A stretch of 64,000 bases of DNA from Dimorphilus gyrociliatus. Taxonomy: Eukaryota; Animalia; Annelida. The stretch spans positions 2,921,404-2,985,403 of the forward strand of contig CAJFCJ010000007.1 of NCBI GenBank assembly GCA_904063045.1, given 5' to 3'. Below the pieces are notes generated by a model. It worked only from the letters and a program-made list of their open reading frames with translations. It was not told the origin of the DNA and did no database searches. Every line of letters starts with the position of its first letter. Position 1 is the stretch's first letter. The position numbers and the translations under genes were made by a program. This document shows, piece after piece, positions 46,383-61,300 of the stretch.

Positions 46383-49300
46383 ATGATGATTTTTAGGCTT
46401 TCACTAATTCTTATAACTTTCGCTATATTATATGGAATGGACTTTTGCCCTGATGGTTGGATGAGAAATTTAAACTATTGCTTTAAAGCTTTCGACTTTA
46501 CTCATACTGTCGATATGTGTACTTTGTATAATGCAACTGCAATTAAAATTAACACAACTAGAAAGCAATCGTTTGCCGAGTTGTTTACTCGTTTTCAAGC
46601 TGGTGATTCATATCATATTGGCCTGATCAGATCCGTCATTACCCCTTCTGTTAAACAAAATTTTAAATGGTTTGACAATTCTGCCTTAAAATTTCATAAT
46701 TTTTTGAATGGTGCAGGTCTTATAGCGCTATATCCTGTTATATTATCATCAAATGGTCAGTGGAATGATATTTATGAATATAATAATGTAGGATCAATCT
46801 GCGAAATGATGTTAGGTTTGTTGGTCATTGTGAGTCGTTTTTTCACATATCATCTTACATTTCTTTTAAAGATGACAGTACTGGTTGTCGTCCGAATTGG
46901 CATATGCTGGATGGTTGGCGTGATAACAGAACCAGTTTGAAAACTATTATAGGAGGAGTAGTAGTTGAGTGTTTACAAGATTGCTTTAGAGGTAAATACG
47001 GTGAATGCAAAGCTGTAACATGGGATGAAAATTCAAAAACATGCTACTTTTATCCTGAAAAAATGTATGCTGATGATATGGAAGACCATATCAAGGATGT
47101 CAAGTATGTCCATTTTCAATACGAATGCGATGGAATAAGTGGAGCAGCAGCTTGTTCGAATGAATACGACATTAGTCATCTTCAAGATACCGATTTTCAA
47201 GCTTCTTCAATAGCAGAAATATCTGGAGTTACTGTTAAACCAGTAATGGCTAAGTTTAATAATTACTACGAAAGTAACAATTACGGAGCCTTTAGGCCAG
47301 ACACAGAAGATGAAAGACAATGGCTAAATATCCAATTTAATACTCTAGTGAACGTAACTGGTTACCATCTCCTTGGAGGAAATAGAGTGGAAAAACATCA
47401 GATGATAAATCATTACGTACTATATAGTCTGGATTGTTATACGTATCAGTGGTATAGTAATTCTGTAACCGGAAAACCAATTGTAAACTAATTTCATATA
47501 AAAAATGATACTAGTTATCAGATAAAGATAATACCTTTTTTACTTTTGTTTAGGTCATGTACGGTAATTCATTTTGGTCCAGTGCAAGAATTATTTTACT
47601 TCGGAGACCTTTTATTGCTAAATGTGTCAAAATTAATCCAATTACTTGGACAGGTTCACCAGATATGCGAATATCATTTAGAGGCTGTGAAGTATCAAAT
47701 ACTTCTAACATCTATGGTAAATGATAAAATTGAATCTCTTTTGAAATGTTAAAGTTTCTTAACTATTATATTAGATCCAACGAAATATCCATTAGGAATG
47801 GGATCTGGACATATAGAGGATACTCAAATTAGTACAAATTTTTTAAAAACCAGTACTTCTGAAACTTTTCCTCCCTTCTTAGCAAGGATAAGAGGACGCT
47901 CTAATGAGTTTCCCTTACAAAAACCTTGCTGGACCATTCAATACCATATGTCATGGTTTCAAGTAATTTTTTTGCTACCTGTTCAGCTAACTGGTGTAGC
48001 CGTTGTTTCCCACTCTGAATGCAAAGGATTTTTAAAAAAATTTTTTATGTCTGCAACACTGAATAAAGAGAATTTAAAGACTCTGCTAACAGATATCAAT
48101 AATAATGTTATCGTATTTACTGGGTCGTTTGACTCTGTTTCGGAGAAACCCATCTTAAATACTCTTCCTAAACCTGTAAAATCAACATATGTGAGAATAT
48201 TTGCCGAAAGTTGGGATTGGGAAGGAGGTAGTAGATTTGAATTTTATGGAGAACAAGACGGTATAGTGAATCACTATCTTATTATTTTAATATCATTTTG
48301 TAGTAACTTCATAAATTTTTTATTTTGAACGTCTTAGCAATCTGTGAAAAGCTAGATCTTGAGCAACATGCTAAGATATCGTTAATAAGTCATTCGAATG
48401 AGATTTTAATTGACTTAGATTTACTCTATCATCTAACAACACTCCAAGTTAAATGGTACAACTCTAAAATATCTTATCAGAAATTGGAGTTTTCAAGAAA
48501 TGACAACATATGGAGGCCTCTTGATATATATTCAATAAAGCAATTTGACAATACAACCATTAATATTACACTTATAAATCAACATTTAGCTACTAAACTG
48601 AAGCTAACCTATTTTAATAATAGTGTTGTTGATTTATCTTTCCTACACCTGTCAATAGAAGCGTGTGAAGCTAAACGTTGCCCACCAAATACCATGCACT
48701 ACGATAAGAAATGCTATTTTTTTGTGCCAGGATTTACCAAAGGTTATGAGACAATGTATCATATTTGCGACAGTATTGTTTGGGGAGAGAAAGCTTACAT
48801 GATAAGTTTATCATCGTATGAAGAGAATGCAATTCTATCAAATATCGCTTACAGGTATTAAAAAAGAAAACTAAATTATTTCGCCTCTCATGGCTTAAGT
48901 TTGATATTCATAAATTGTTATATAGATTTAATAAACCGTATTATATTGGATATGTTGTAAACGAATCTCTTCCAGTCACTTCAGAATCGTTAAAATTCCA
49001 TCCGTCTCAAGTTTGGGAGTGGGTTAGTAAGGAGAACAATACATATACAAATTGGAACAGATATAATGGAGGCGGAGAACCAGAAAGTCATACCACTGAA
49101 TTATGCACTTTTCACGACCTTGTCACTCAGTATGTGTGGGTAAGCATTTTGTGCGATGTACCTGCTGTCTACGCATGTGAAATAGAGGCAAATGGTTGTT
49201 TGAATTAATAAATTCTATGTCATTGTAATATTATCATTATTTATCGAAACAGTAAAAGTCAATGATTCAGCTAGTATTAAATGGTTTTATTATATGAATA

Positions 49301-52300
49301 CTCTACCAAGTAACAAAAATTTGATTCTTCAATTGGATATAAGTCAACCTGATGCTTGTTCATATTTCTGTGAAACTATGGATGCATTCGATTGCCAAGG
49401 ATTCGCTTTTAAAAGACAAGAAGAACATGGGTTTTGTAATATATATGTTAGAACTACTCAAGAAAATGGAATAAAATTTCCTTATGACTCATACAAAGAT
49501 TGGTCATGGGATACATGGGTCAAATACTCTGCTGTTGAAAATTGCGAAGAACCTTTATTATTTACATTAAAGGAATATGAACATGGAGAGATAACTGCTA
49601 ATGACGAACCGTCATATCCACAGGCCAGTTTAAGTCGCCTAATAATGAATAATAGACAATTTAATAGTATGGAAAATCCAGAAAATTATGGATTTTTTCA
49701 AGGAACTGTTCGATTCATGTACATTATAGTAAGTTGATTATTGTAAAACTGGTGAAACTATCCCTCTTTCCAGACAAGCAATAAGACTTCATTTCCTTCT
49801 TTCAGATTGATTTTGGAAGACTAGTACGCATGACCAGAATAGCTATTGAAGGAGCCGGAGGATATCATAAACACTATGTTAAAAGTTTTCAATTACAAAT
49901 CTCAAATCACACTCATATTTGGGATTCTGTTGAAAATAAAGGAGTACACATAGTATAAAATATACAAACATATAAAATATATATATTTGTTAATATCTTT
50001 AATCTTTTTAGAATTTTTTTGGCAATGCAAATCAGAATTTCCCAGTTTTTAATATCCTTGAACCAGAATTATTTGCGAGGAAATTGAAATTTCTTACTGA
50101 TGATTATGAAAATTCTCCAGCTTTAAGATTGGAGGTTTACGGGTGTAATAGAAATGAAACTCAATATCATTCAGAAAAAGCTTTAGGCTTATGGAATTTT
50201 TACATTCTTAATTCCCAATTATCTAATGCTTATTCTGAAAATGGAAATGATATAAATGGAATTCGACCCTTTTACGCTTCTCCACTTCCTCAGAATTGTG
50301 GATTTTTGCTACAAACTCATCTTTCTATTGCTAATTTCTGGCAATTTGACTTAGGAATACGATACAAAATCTCAAAAATTATAACATATGGTCACTGTCA
50401 AGATTTGACGAAACGTATAAACAGTTTCCACATACAGTATACTGATGATTTGAGCAGATGGAATCTTCATGTTTTCAATAAAAAATATCGAATTCTGAGA
50501 TATCCTCATTTAGATAGTACTATTCTGTCTGTACCAATTACAGCAAGACACTTGCAGTTACAGAATATTCATGATTTTTCAGTTGAACCTATCATTTCTA
50601 TGGAATTAATTGGTACTACAGGCGAGTTGCCCAAGTTGAAAAAAATGAAATATTTCCCAAAGTTTATAAATTCATCATCGGAAAAAGATAGTAATTCCTT
50701 AGCTTCAATGGCATTGACTAATCTTCCTCAAACTTTCTGGTGTAAATTAGATAGTGATGAAAATCCTTGGTGGTTTAGTGATTTTGGACTAATTTATTTA
50801 ATAGAGAGAGTTATTATTTATAGTAAAAGCTCAAATAACACGCAAAAGAGCTACTGTGGAGGTTTAAATATTTATAAATCTCAATATGATTTATATGATA
50901 TGATTAAAGTTAAAGATGTAAGTATGTTATTTCATATTATGAGTTAATGCTACAGTTTGAGATTTTCTTTTTATAAGGAAATATTCTGTATGGAGAACAA
51001 TGATTCTTTAACAATATATTCTACACCTGCTTTAAGATTCAGATATGTTAGATTGAATCTTCATAGTTCATTTCAAAGTTGTATGAGATTCGAATTTTTT
51101 GGACAACAAGCTTCAAAATGTCCACCAGGTTCAGCAAGAAATTTAGATAAATGCTATTCAGTAGTTAATAAGCTCAGCTTGAGGGCTGAAGCAAAAACTT
51201 TTTGTCAATTGTCATTCAGCTGGAAAAGTCAGGGATATCTTATAATGACAAAATCTGCCCAAGAAATGGATTTCTTGAGAAAACTACTAATTAGGTATAA
51301 GCTATCAGTCCTATTTAATAACACATTGCATTCTGTTATTTTAATAGAATCAAATTTGGAAAAGTACATATCGGACTGAATGAAAGCTCGAATAATAATT
51401 ACGTATGGGACGATGGAACCATACCACACTCTCTTTTCACAATTCGCCATGAAGATAACAGTAATACTATCATTATGGATGATGATCAAGTAAAAGAAAA
51501 ATTTAATATAGAGGCCTACTCTATATGTGAAACTGAAGCAAATGGTTTTGAAAGTTCTATCCTTGAAAGTAATACACTGATGCTCCTTTTTTTTTTAGTT
51601 GCGGACAACATCGACGAACGAGAAGATGATGACTGCTCTCCATTATGGACTGCTATTCCACATTATAGGCTAGATGATCTATATACCATAGCCCTTAATT
51701 TCGTTAATCTAGAGCAATGTATGGATTATTGCCTCAACAACAGAATTAAGTGTAAATCTTTTGAATGGCAAATAAAGTATTAAATTAAACATTTTATTTA
51801 AATAGTAAAATGATAATTGTTTGTCCTCGATTCAGGGATGATCAAAGTAACGCTTGCAAAATATATAACATAAATATGCGCTACTTAAAGAATAATGATA
51901 AATTTGTCAGTGATAATGACTTTTATTATTTCGAATATTTATGTCTGGATAAGAAATCTAACAATTTATTACCCAAAGAGTTTGAAAATGAAACTATCTA
52001 TAATATCACATCTACGGTAGTTGGCAGTTCAAGTAAACGATACAGCTTATCAAGTCTTCAAGACAGTGACTATGATGGAGCTTATTGCTTTCTTACTAAG
52101 ACTGCCTTGTCAACGTGCTATATCCAAATAGACTTTGGATCTGTAACACATATTGAAACTTTTTCTGTTATTGGGATATCGGAGAAAAAATATTATTTAA
52201 TATCAGCCAATATTGCATATCAAAAAGATCAAGATGGCTATTGGCAGTTTCATTCGGATGAAGGTGGACACATACAGGTTAGGATAATATTATTTTCCTT

Positions 52301-55300
52301 ATTTATTAATATTCATAGAGCTCTTCTATCTTTCAGGTGTATCGTCTGTCTTGGGAAGCAAATTATCAATATCATTCAGAAATTATTCCTAATATAGAAT
52401 GTATTACTTTAAGATTTTATCCTGTCTCGTTTCAGGGCAGGGCTACTCTTAGCCTCCAACTTTATGGAAACCAATTATCAAAGGATGATAAAAAATTGAA
52501 AATTTGCAGCTATCCACTGGGTGTTTCTAACCCCTTTGTTATAACTGATTCTCAAATAACTAGTTCAAGTTATGGGTCACATTCAAACGTTAAAGGATAT
52601 CCTAGCAGAGTTCGTGCTTATGGAAGTTATTGCTGGTTTCCTTTATCTTCCGATCCGGACAAATACATTCAAATAGATTTAGGTTATGAATATAAAGTTA
52701 CTGGAATTTTGTTGCAACCATGTAATAGCCACAATATTACCAATTATGCTTTTGAGGCTACAATGAAATATTCTTTAAACCGTTTAAAATATTGGCATTA
52801 TTACAAGGAAAATAATCAAATTAGGGTTTGTTACTCATAATCTATAGTCATAATTATTTCATGTCAATTGACAATTATGTAACAATTTTTAGAAATTTAA
52901 ATTAGGGAATACTCCACCAATTGAACATAGCTTCAACTTTATCTTTCATCTTAATGATAGTGTTGAAGCAAGATTTATTAAATTAATATCAACGCTTGGA
53001 GGTGTTCATAACGGATTCAGATGCGAAATTCTTGGATGCTCAAAACGTTCGTATTGTAAAAATGAACTGTTTTTAATCATTTATTAATTTTAATTATACG
53101 AACAATAGAAAAAGGATTCATTGAAAAAGTACCCAATCATTTCAATGTTTTTCCTAGTACTATGAATAGCCTATACTCTTTTGAACCATTGACTGAATAT
53201 TCAAATTTGACATGTGCTCATTTACTCAAAGAATATACATTAATAATAAATTATTCGGCAATTTATTATATAACTGGATTGAGGATCCTTACAAATTTAT
53301 CTGAAAATTTGAATTTAAGCGTAGGATACGGAGTTGAAGCTCATAGCTTATTTTATCTAAATAATGGAATAAATCATATTCAAAGTGACAAGATACACGA
53401 TTTTCTCTTTTCGATTCCTATCCTGGCAAAATATTTATCTCTATCTATAAAGAATGAACGAATAATGTGTATAAGTTTAACAGTAAATGGAGAAAAATAT
53501 ACAAAGAGTCTTTATTAGTTTCTTTTATGTTTAAGGTGTTAATAACAGTATTTATAACTTTTAAATAGGTTGTCCACCTAACTACTTTCTCTATGGGAAG
53601 AGATGTATCAGTATATCATATCAATCGCAAAGTACTAGAAACTACTCTACATCTATTTGTCAGTCTACAAAATGGAAAAAAGGACATTTAGTTTTACCTA
53701 AATATGATGAAATGTTTAGTATCTTTCTACAAGAATTATTGTCTTTGTTAGTATTTCAAAATATGTTATTTTTGTAATTTAATAATTAATTTATACAAAT
53801 TTTAATCAGTTCCAATTCAACTGTCTTCATTGGTTTAAGTAAAATATCAGATTGGATTTGGTCTGATGGAGACATTCTAAAAGCTTGGAGAGTGGGCAGC
53901 CAAGTCAACGATAGCCTCTCTTGCGCTGGACTGAGTTTCAAAGGGTTTTGGACTACTCTAGACTGTCAAGATGATTATGGATATATTTGTGAAACAGAAC
54001 CAATATGTGAAAATTTATATTATGATTATCTTTATTTCAAACTCATTAAAAAACCATTTTACAGCTTTCAATGAAAACAATAGCGGATATCAATGGAGTG
54101 TTGATAAACATTATATTCTAAATTCTAAACATTCACAAAGTAATTACACCATTCAAAATTTTGCATCCGAACAGTGTATTATAGCATGTTTAGAAGAAGA
54201 TGAGTTCTTTTGCCAATCTGTTTCTTACAATCCATTGCCTAAAACCTGTACACTGCATGAAGCAAACAAATATTTTACGGGAGTGAATCTTGTTAAAAGT
54301 GATTATGATACTAAACATTTTGAACTTTATCAAACAGGTACTAGGTATTACTAAATATTGAGCAAGTTAAATTTAATTGTTCCACACTGTTACAGGCAGC
54401 TGTAACAAGGGAATATTAGCTACCAAGTCTTTTAGTTTGAGTTTGTCAACCTCAAAACCATATTCGTCAGATTTTAATGGCTCTGAACTTGCTTTTAATG
54501 CTGTGTCTAATGGAAGATATTGGAGAGGATTTGCACGTGTTAATCCATGGATATCTCTTCACTTCGGAAATTTGGTACTATTTACAAGATTGGAAATTAG
54601 AGGTGGTGAAAATGGTTACATAAGACGCTTTAGATTTCTGTCATCTCTGTCTAATGATACCAATAATGAAGTTCAAAACAGCAACACTTCTCTATTTGAA
54701 GGTTTAGAGAATACTCTTGATGGCAAAGTTTATCTTTTCAAGCCTCCTTTAATAGCCAAGAGTATAAAAATTAAAATAGATAATTTTCAAGAGAATCCAG
54801 AATTGCAAATGGAATTATATGGATGTATAAAATTAACAAAAGACTGTTTGTCATTGCCTACTTCTACTATGAGTTCATTAACATCAGATAAAAAGTTTAA
54901 AGTGACATGTTGGAATGATTGGACATTAATTGGAGCTAAATTATCTTCAGATAGCCATTGGAATAGATCGTGGACGGAATTTAAGGATGGATTTCGTACA
55001 GATACAGAAATTTGGACTGGTAATGACTTCATATCTATGTTGACAAATACTAATCAATATATAATACGAATTGATCTTTGGTCAACTAGTGGTGTTCACT
55101 TTCATTCTGAGCACGATTATTTTAAATTAGACACTGAAGAAAATCAATTTAGAATTCATATCAGTAATTTCTCCAGTGGTAGTGTTTTTAATCAGTATTT
55201 TGAAAATGAATTTCATTTCCATACATTTGATAAAGATAATGACGTATTATGTGCAAATACAATAGGAAGTGGGTGGTGGTTCCCATCAAACTCTTGTACT

Positions 55301-58300
55301 AATTATTCATTAGTAGCACAAAATCTTCCTTGGTACACTAAAACATCCAACACTTTTAAAATATTAACTCCGACAGTTAAATCATTTATATGGAGAGCAA
55401 AGCCTAAAACGCATTGTATGCTAATTAATATCACGACTGAAAGGCGTATTAAACAATTTATTTTCAGATAATATTGCTTTATTCAAGAATGCTTATCAAA
55501 AAACAACAAATGAAAGTAACGAACCTAGTTTGGCCGTAGATGGTCTGGTTGATGTAGGATCTTGCGTTATTGGAGCAAAAACCGATAATCCATGGTGGGT
55601 TGTCGATTTAGTCAGAGAGACTCGAGTAAAAGTTATTCAAATATGGAATCGAAGAGACTGTTGTTGTATGTGAATAATTATTAACTTGAAAACATTAATA
55701 TTTAACTAGAATTATATCCTTTTATAGATAAAGAACTGAATAATTTTACAGTTGGCGTTGCTAAAAACTTCTCTACAGAGAAATTTAACTATTCAGACTT
55801 TAGTATTTGTGCAAACAATAACGAAACCTTATTACCAGGAGAGGCTAAATTATTAGAGTGTAATAGAGATGTTACGATTGGTTCCTATCTTGGAATATGG
55901 ATGATAGGAGAGTCCCTTAGATTGTCATTATGTGAAGTTGAAGTTTATTCTGATAATTATTATGGTTCTGACGCAAAATATGGAGATTTTTGCGATACTG
56001 ATATAAATTGTATAGAGGTTTATACAATTTGTCTACCAACATCTGAACCTATGGATTTTACACCCACAACCTATACCTGCCAATGTAGAGCTTCAACAAT
56101 TAGATATGGAAGTGATTGCATACCCGGTAAGAAAAGAAAAAGTATAATTCTATAAATATTAATTAATCGTTTACTTACACAGAAGCTGACTTGTACCTAT
56201 CTTCTCTGGGAAAAGTAGAACCTTCCGATTATATAATTAGAAGCGATAAAACACCAATTACTCTGTCGATACTGATAAAAGGTAATAGTGGATTACCAAT
56301 TTTGCCAACAGTTTTACCTGTAACAAACTATAATTTGACAATTTATGCATCGAATTCGATAAATTCATCTGAAGAAACGTTGAAATTGTACCCTATTCAA
56401 TATAATTATTCTGGGTTCAACTCAAAACTAGTACCAAATTTTGATAAAATCCTTGCAATACCTGTTCAATTAACAGTTGATGTTGCATTTGAAGTAGACG
56501 CTAGAGTTTGTCGAAATATAGGAAGTATATGCGCTATTCTAACTGAATCAAATTTTCACACGTACAAAGAATCTAACATGATAGACAACAAATACTGCGT
56601 AAGTGCACAACAGTTCTTCACGTGCCAACCAGGTAATAAAGAATTAATAAGTGATTTCAAGATTAACATTATTTCTTTAATACTCTCATCAGCAATAGAT
56701 TTAAAAATAGAACTATCATATGTGGAGCCCTTCTATAGAGATTTAGCTCAGAATTGTACAGCCAGTTTAGTTATTCGCAACCTGGGTTTTCCAAAATATG
56801 ACGTTGCTCCAGTTACTGGAGATGACAAAAATTTTGAAATACTTTATACTTTCGTAATTCTAAATTATGCAGCTGCAAGCCCTTTAAAGCATAGACCACT
56901 TGAAGCTGCAATAGAAGAATATCAACAGGAAATTCAACAGAATAAAGAAATAAATATTACAGGCTCTATTGAGACAAATTTTACATTTTCAGAGTGCATG
57001 GCTAAAGTCTTTCTCTGTCTTTATATATCAACAAATGAAAATTCAAGTTTCGTAAAGTTTTATGAAGATAATAGGTATGTCTGCTTCGATTTGAAACCAT
57101 TTAAAACATGTTCTCCAGGTAAGCCTTGTTCACTCTCAAAAATATCAATTTCTACATAAATAGTTCTTAAAATAGAAATACAGATACAAGTATCATTGGA
57201 GCTTCCAGATCTGATATTTATAAGGGGATACTCTGATCAATTCTTAGCAAAACTAATAGTTACAAACTTGAATGATACACTATCTATTAAACATACGGCA
57301 AATACTTTTATGATAAACATACTGATTTCTGAAAAAAATTTATCACAGGAAAATGGATCTTATCTAATTTTGAATGAAATATCTAAGGTACGAACATTGA
57401 ACCCATCGCAAAATATTACTATTTTTATCAATGATTCATTAATTCTACCAAGAAAAGATTGTTTAAAATATAAATATTTATGTGCGGAGACGGTGCCATC
57501 TATTAATAGGGTTTATTCACTTTATCCAGGCAAATTGCATATTTCTTGTTTAAATTTAACTAAATTCAAAAATTGTATTGGTTTAGAAATAAAAAATTTA
57601 ACGATAAACATAGAATCGGAAAGTTATTTTGAAAATGAAACAACCCTATTTAAAATATCTTGGAGTAAGGGTACAGATGTTAATTTTACCATTTCGTTTG
57701 GAGATGGTACTTATAATTCCTGGACCTGGTTGAATAGTTCACAAAATTCTTATTTAAAGTATTTCATACATGTTGAACACGTCTACAACATATTCGGAAT
57801 GTACAATGTTACTTTAGTTGCTGTTAATAATCTTGGAAAACAAGCATGTAGTATCTTGAAGAGAGTGGAACCGCCGTTAAACAAGTACATTGCTTTAGGG
57901 ATATCGTATATTCCAAATGAACCACCTCTACCAGTTTCTTTTTCAATCTCCCTACTCCATAATGTATCCCAGGACATTAATATGACTTGTGTCTGTGATC
58001 TTGAGGGACAAGTATATCAACATAAATCCCTAAATGTATCATCTCTAAATACAGAACTCTTTCTTAACTATATTTTCACCCAAGATGTCGACTATGCCGA
58101 AGCCATGATCAATTGTAGTAACACTATCTCAAACATGTCTCGTAAATTTCCATTGTTTCTTCAACAAAACGTAACCAAACTTAGCTTGAGCTATGGTGAC
58201 CCTTTTCAACGATCATTTTTCAATCTCAGTTTGATGTTAACCTTAGTCAATGGATCTGATGTGGAATATAATGTATCTTTTGGAGATGGACAAAGAGAAG

Positions 58301-61300
58301 TGTTCAAAAATCCAGATTTGTTTGCCAATACTAAACCATTTTTTATCGATCATCGTTTTGAAAATAACGGAACTTTTACGACCTATGTTACCGCGAGAAA
58401 TAAACACTTTAGTACGTCAGCGTCTATATCTGTTACTATCCAACATTCTGTTGAAAATGGGCTCTTCGAGTTCTATTATATTGAGCCAAGAACTTTACAT
58501 GTATCAATTATACAGGAAGATATTTCGATAATTCCAACAAATGTAACATGCAGCATGAAAATGAAAAACCTAACGTTCTTCACAAAACCTTCTGTAAACC
58601 TTGTTGAAGGAATTTACGAAATTTACACATTTCCTCCAATGTACAACCAAAGAAAGCATAAAAATTTAAACTTAACGATTGGCTGCTTCAATCAAATTTC
58701 AAGTGTAGTTATCAATCAACCGATTAGTTTTGTAGAAGAGATTTCTGGCGTTAATATTTCTACGACAGCTTTTGCTGTTGAATTAAACACCAAATTACAG
58801 TTTCATATAGTGATCGAAACTGGTGAGGATATGAATTTCATCTTAGATTTTGGTGATAATTCAAACACTACAGAATGGATAGCAAATTCCACTAGTGACC
58901 TCTTTTATAGTCACATATACACACAAGTTGGAAATTATACACCCCAGTTAATAATAAACAATTCTGTCAATCAACTTATAAGATCTCTTGAACAACCAAT
59001 AATTGTACAAATCTCCATTAAAAATCTAACTGTTAAAGGCCCAGAAGTGGTAGATCTAAGCAAACAGCCAGCTATATTTTACTTGGAAGCTAATAAAAAC
59101 ATTCCAGGAGCAACAGATGTCTTCTGTTCCGTTAAAACGCCTAAAAGTACAGAAGCTACCAATTATACTTATCAACCACAATTGACAAATCTTCGGTCTA
59201 TTTCTCAAGAATTTTCATTCAAAAGATCTGATACTGGTATTTCATTTATTACAAACATAACCTGCAAAAATCTCGTCAGTGCTGCTTCCGCAAGCTTATT
59301 AATTAGTGTTTACGAGCCAATTACAGGGTTGACTTTATCACAAATTAAAAGAGGCGCTATCCCTTTACAAGAGTTTTTGATAAGTTTAGATGTTAATTCA
59401 GGTTCATCTGTGACATTTAATATAGATATAGATAAAGGAATGCATGTTGCGAGTAAGAAACATCCCGATTTGTTTGCAAGTAACCAATCGATATCCTTTA
59501 AATACACGTTTACTTCTATTGGAAATTATACAATCAATGCGGCGGCAAAGAATCATATAGGCAGTGAATTTATCATTGATCAAATACCAGTTCAAAACAA
59601 AATATTACCATTTAATTCTTTAACAAACACATCTGTATTATGGCCACCTGGGGTTGTTCATTTCAAGTTGATTTCTCAATTAGATCAGAAAGATTTATCG
59701 CATATTCATTGCAAGTTTAACTTCAGTAATGGAATGACTAAATATGAGTATATTCCAGAGTGGAAAGCTTCAGTATCATATCATTTCATTGAAAAATTTC
59801 CAAGATCAGCCGTTGGAATTATCAATTCAACAATTGTATGTGAAAACTTAGCGTCATCTACGACTGTTTTTGCAACAACTGAAATCATTCTTGATGCAGT
59901 CGTAGTTGATTCTATCAGAGATAATGGAACAATTGTAATTACAAATGAAACGTTTATCATTACAAATCTAAAGCGGATGGGTACCAACGGATGCTTAATA
60001 TACAATTTGGGTGATGAAAAAGGAACAAAGAGGGCGTTTGGCGTTAATAAATATTGTAAAGATGTAGCCAAGAAGAGATCCATACCCTTTCAAATTATTG
60101 ATTTTGATACAACAACTATAATCTTCAATCATACTTATGAAAAAATTGCGTCATTTAACGTTACAGTAAAGGCATTTAATCATATAGATGAACAGCACAT
60201 GTGGTTTATCACAGAGGTTTCTCCATTTTATTGTAATCCTCCAAATGCCTCATTATCAAAGGAATATACTAATAAAACGTCAATAATTAAAAGTTTCAAG
60301 CGTAAATCATTTACGATACCTTCCGTGTACGACACAAATTGTACAATGTCATTCAAAGCCATGCATGAATGGAAAATTTTTGATATACAATCAAACAATT
60401 TGGTTCACACGTTGACGACTACAAAGTTTATTCTTCCTCCGAGGACTCTTCATTATGGAAAATATAGAGTTGAATATCTAATATATATGATGTATTACAA
60501 GGAATTTAACAATAGCTATACTGCCTATTTCGAAATTATTCCAACTCCTCTACATCTTGATATTGTTGGCGGAAATAGCTTGTCAGCTCCATATGATTAC
60601 AATATGTCAATAAATGCGGAATCTTTAAGTTACGATCCTGACAATGATCCAAATGAAAAATTCAAAGGTGTAACCTTTAAATTCTTCTGTCGACAAGAAC
60701 AAGAAAAACTTCCAATATCAAAAGAACTCAAAGGTGTAAATTTCAAAATAATTCCAACCATGGATGAATATTTAAAACAAGGAGGTTGTTTTGGCAATGG
60801 ACCAGGATTAACATCAATTAATCAGGACGGTCATTGGAATTTTAGTACATTTTATATGTTTCCAAATAGAACATACATTCTTGAAGTCGAGATGTTTTCC
60901 ATTTATGCAAACCGAAAAGAAACTTTCGTAACTAGACTAAAAATACTTTCGCCCAGTCCACCAAATCTAGAAATCATGTAAGATTTTTTAAAGGAAACTT
61001 CAAGACTACAAAATATATTTTCTATAATAAAACTATTCATTTCAGATGTTTAAGCAACTGCGCAGAGAAAAGAGCGCTGAATAAGCCTTCTTTGAATGCG
61101 GTAATTTGCCATGGTGGATGCTCAGGTCTCTATTGGAACATCAGTTACGAGTGGACATTATTAATTCAAAGAAATGGTATTTGGAAAGAGAATCGATCGC
61201 ATGCAATTGTAGATGAAAACTTTAAGGATAAAATTGAATTTGCAGCTGGGGAACTTGCGGGAGGCTTTAGATACATGCTAATCATAACAGGAGTCTTGAA

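Noticed and set aside
49814-49825. 12-nt match to mature miR-7 (TGGAAGACTAGT)
   Set aside because: It lies in a coding exon (FGRLV), diverges after 12 nt and has no hairpin partner.
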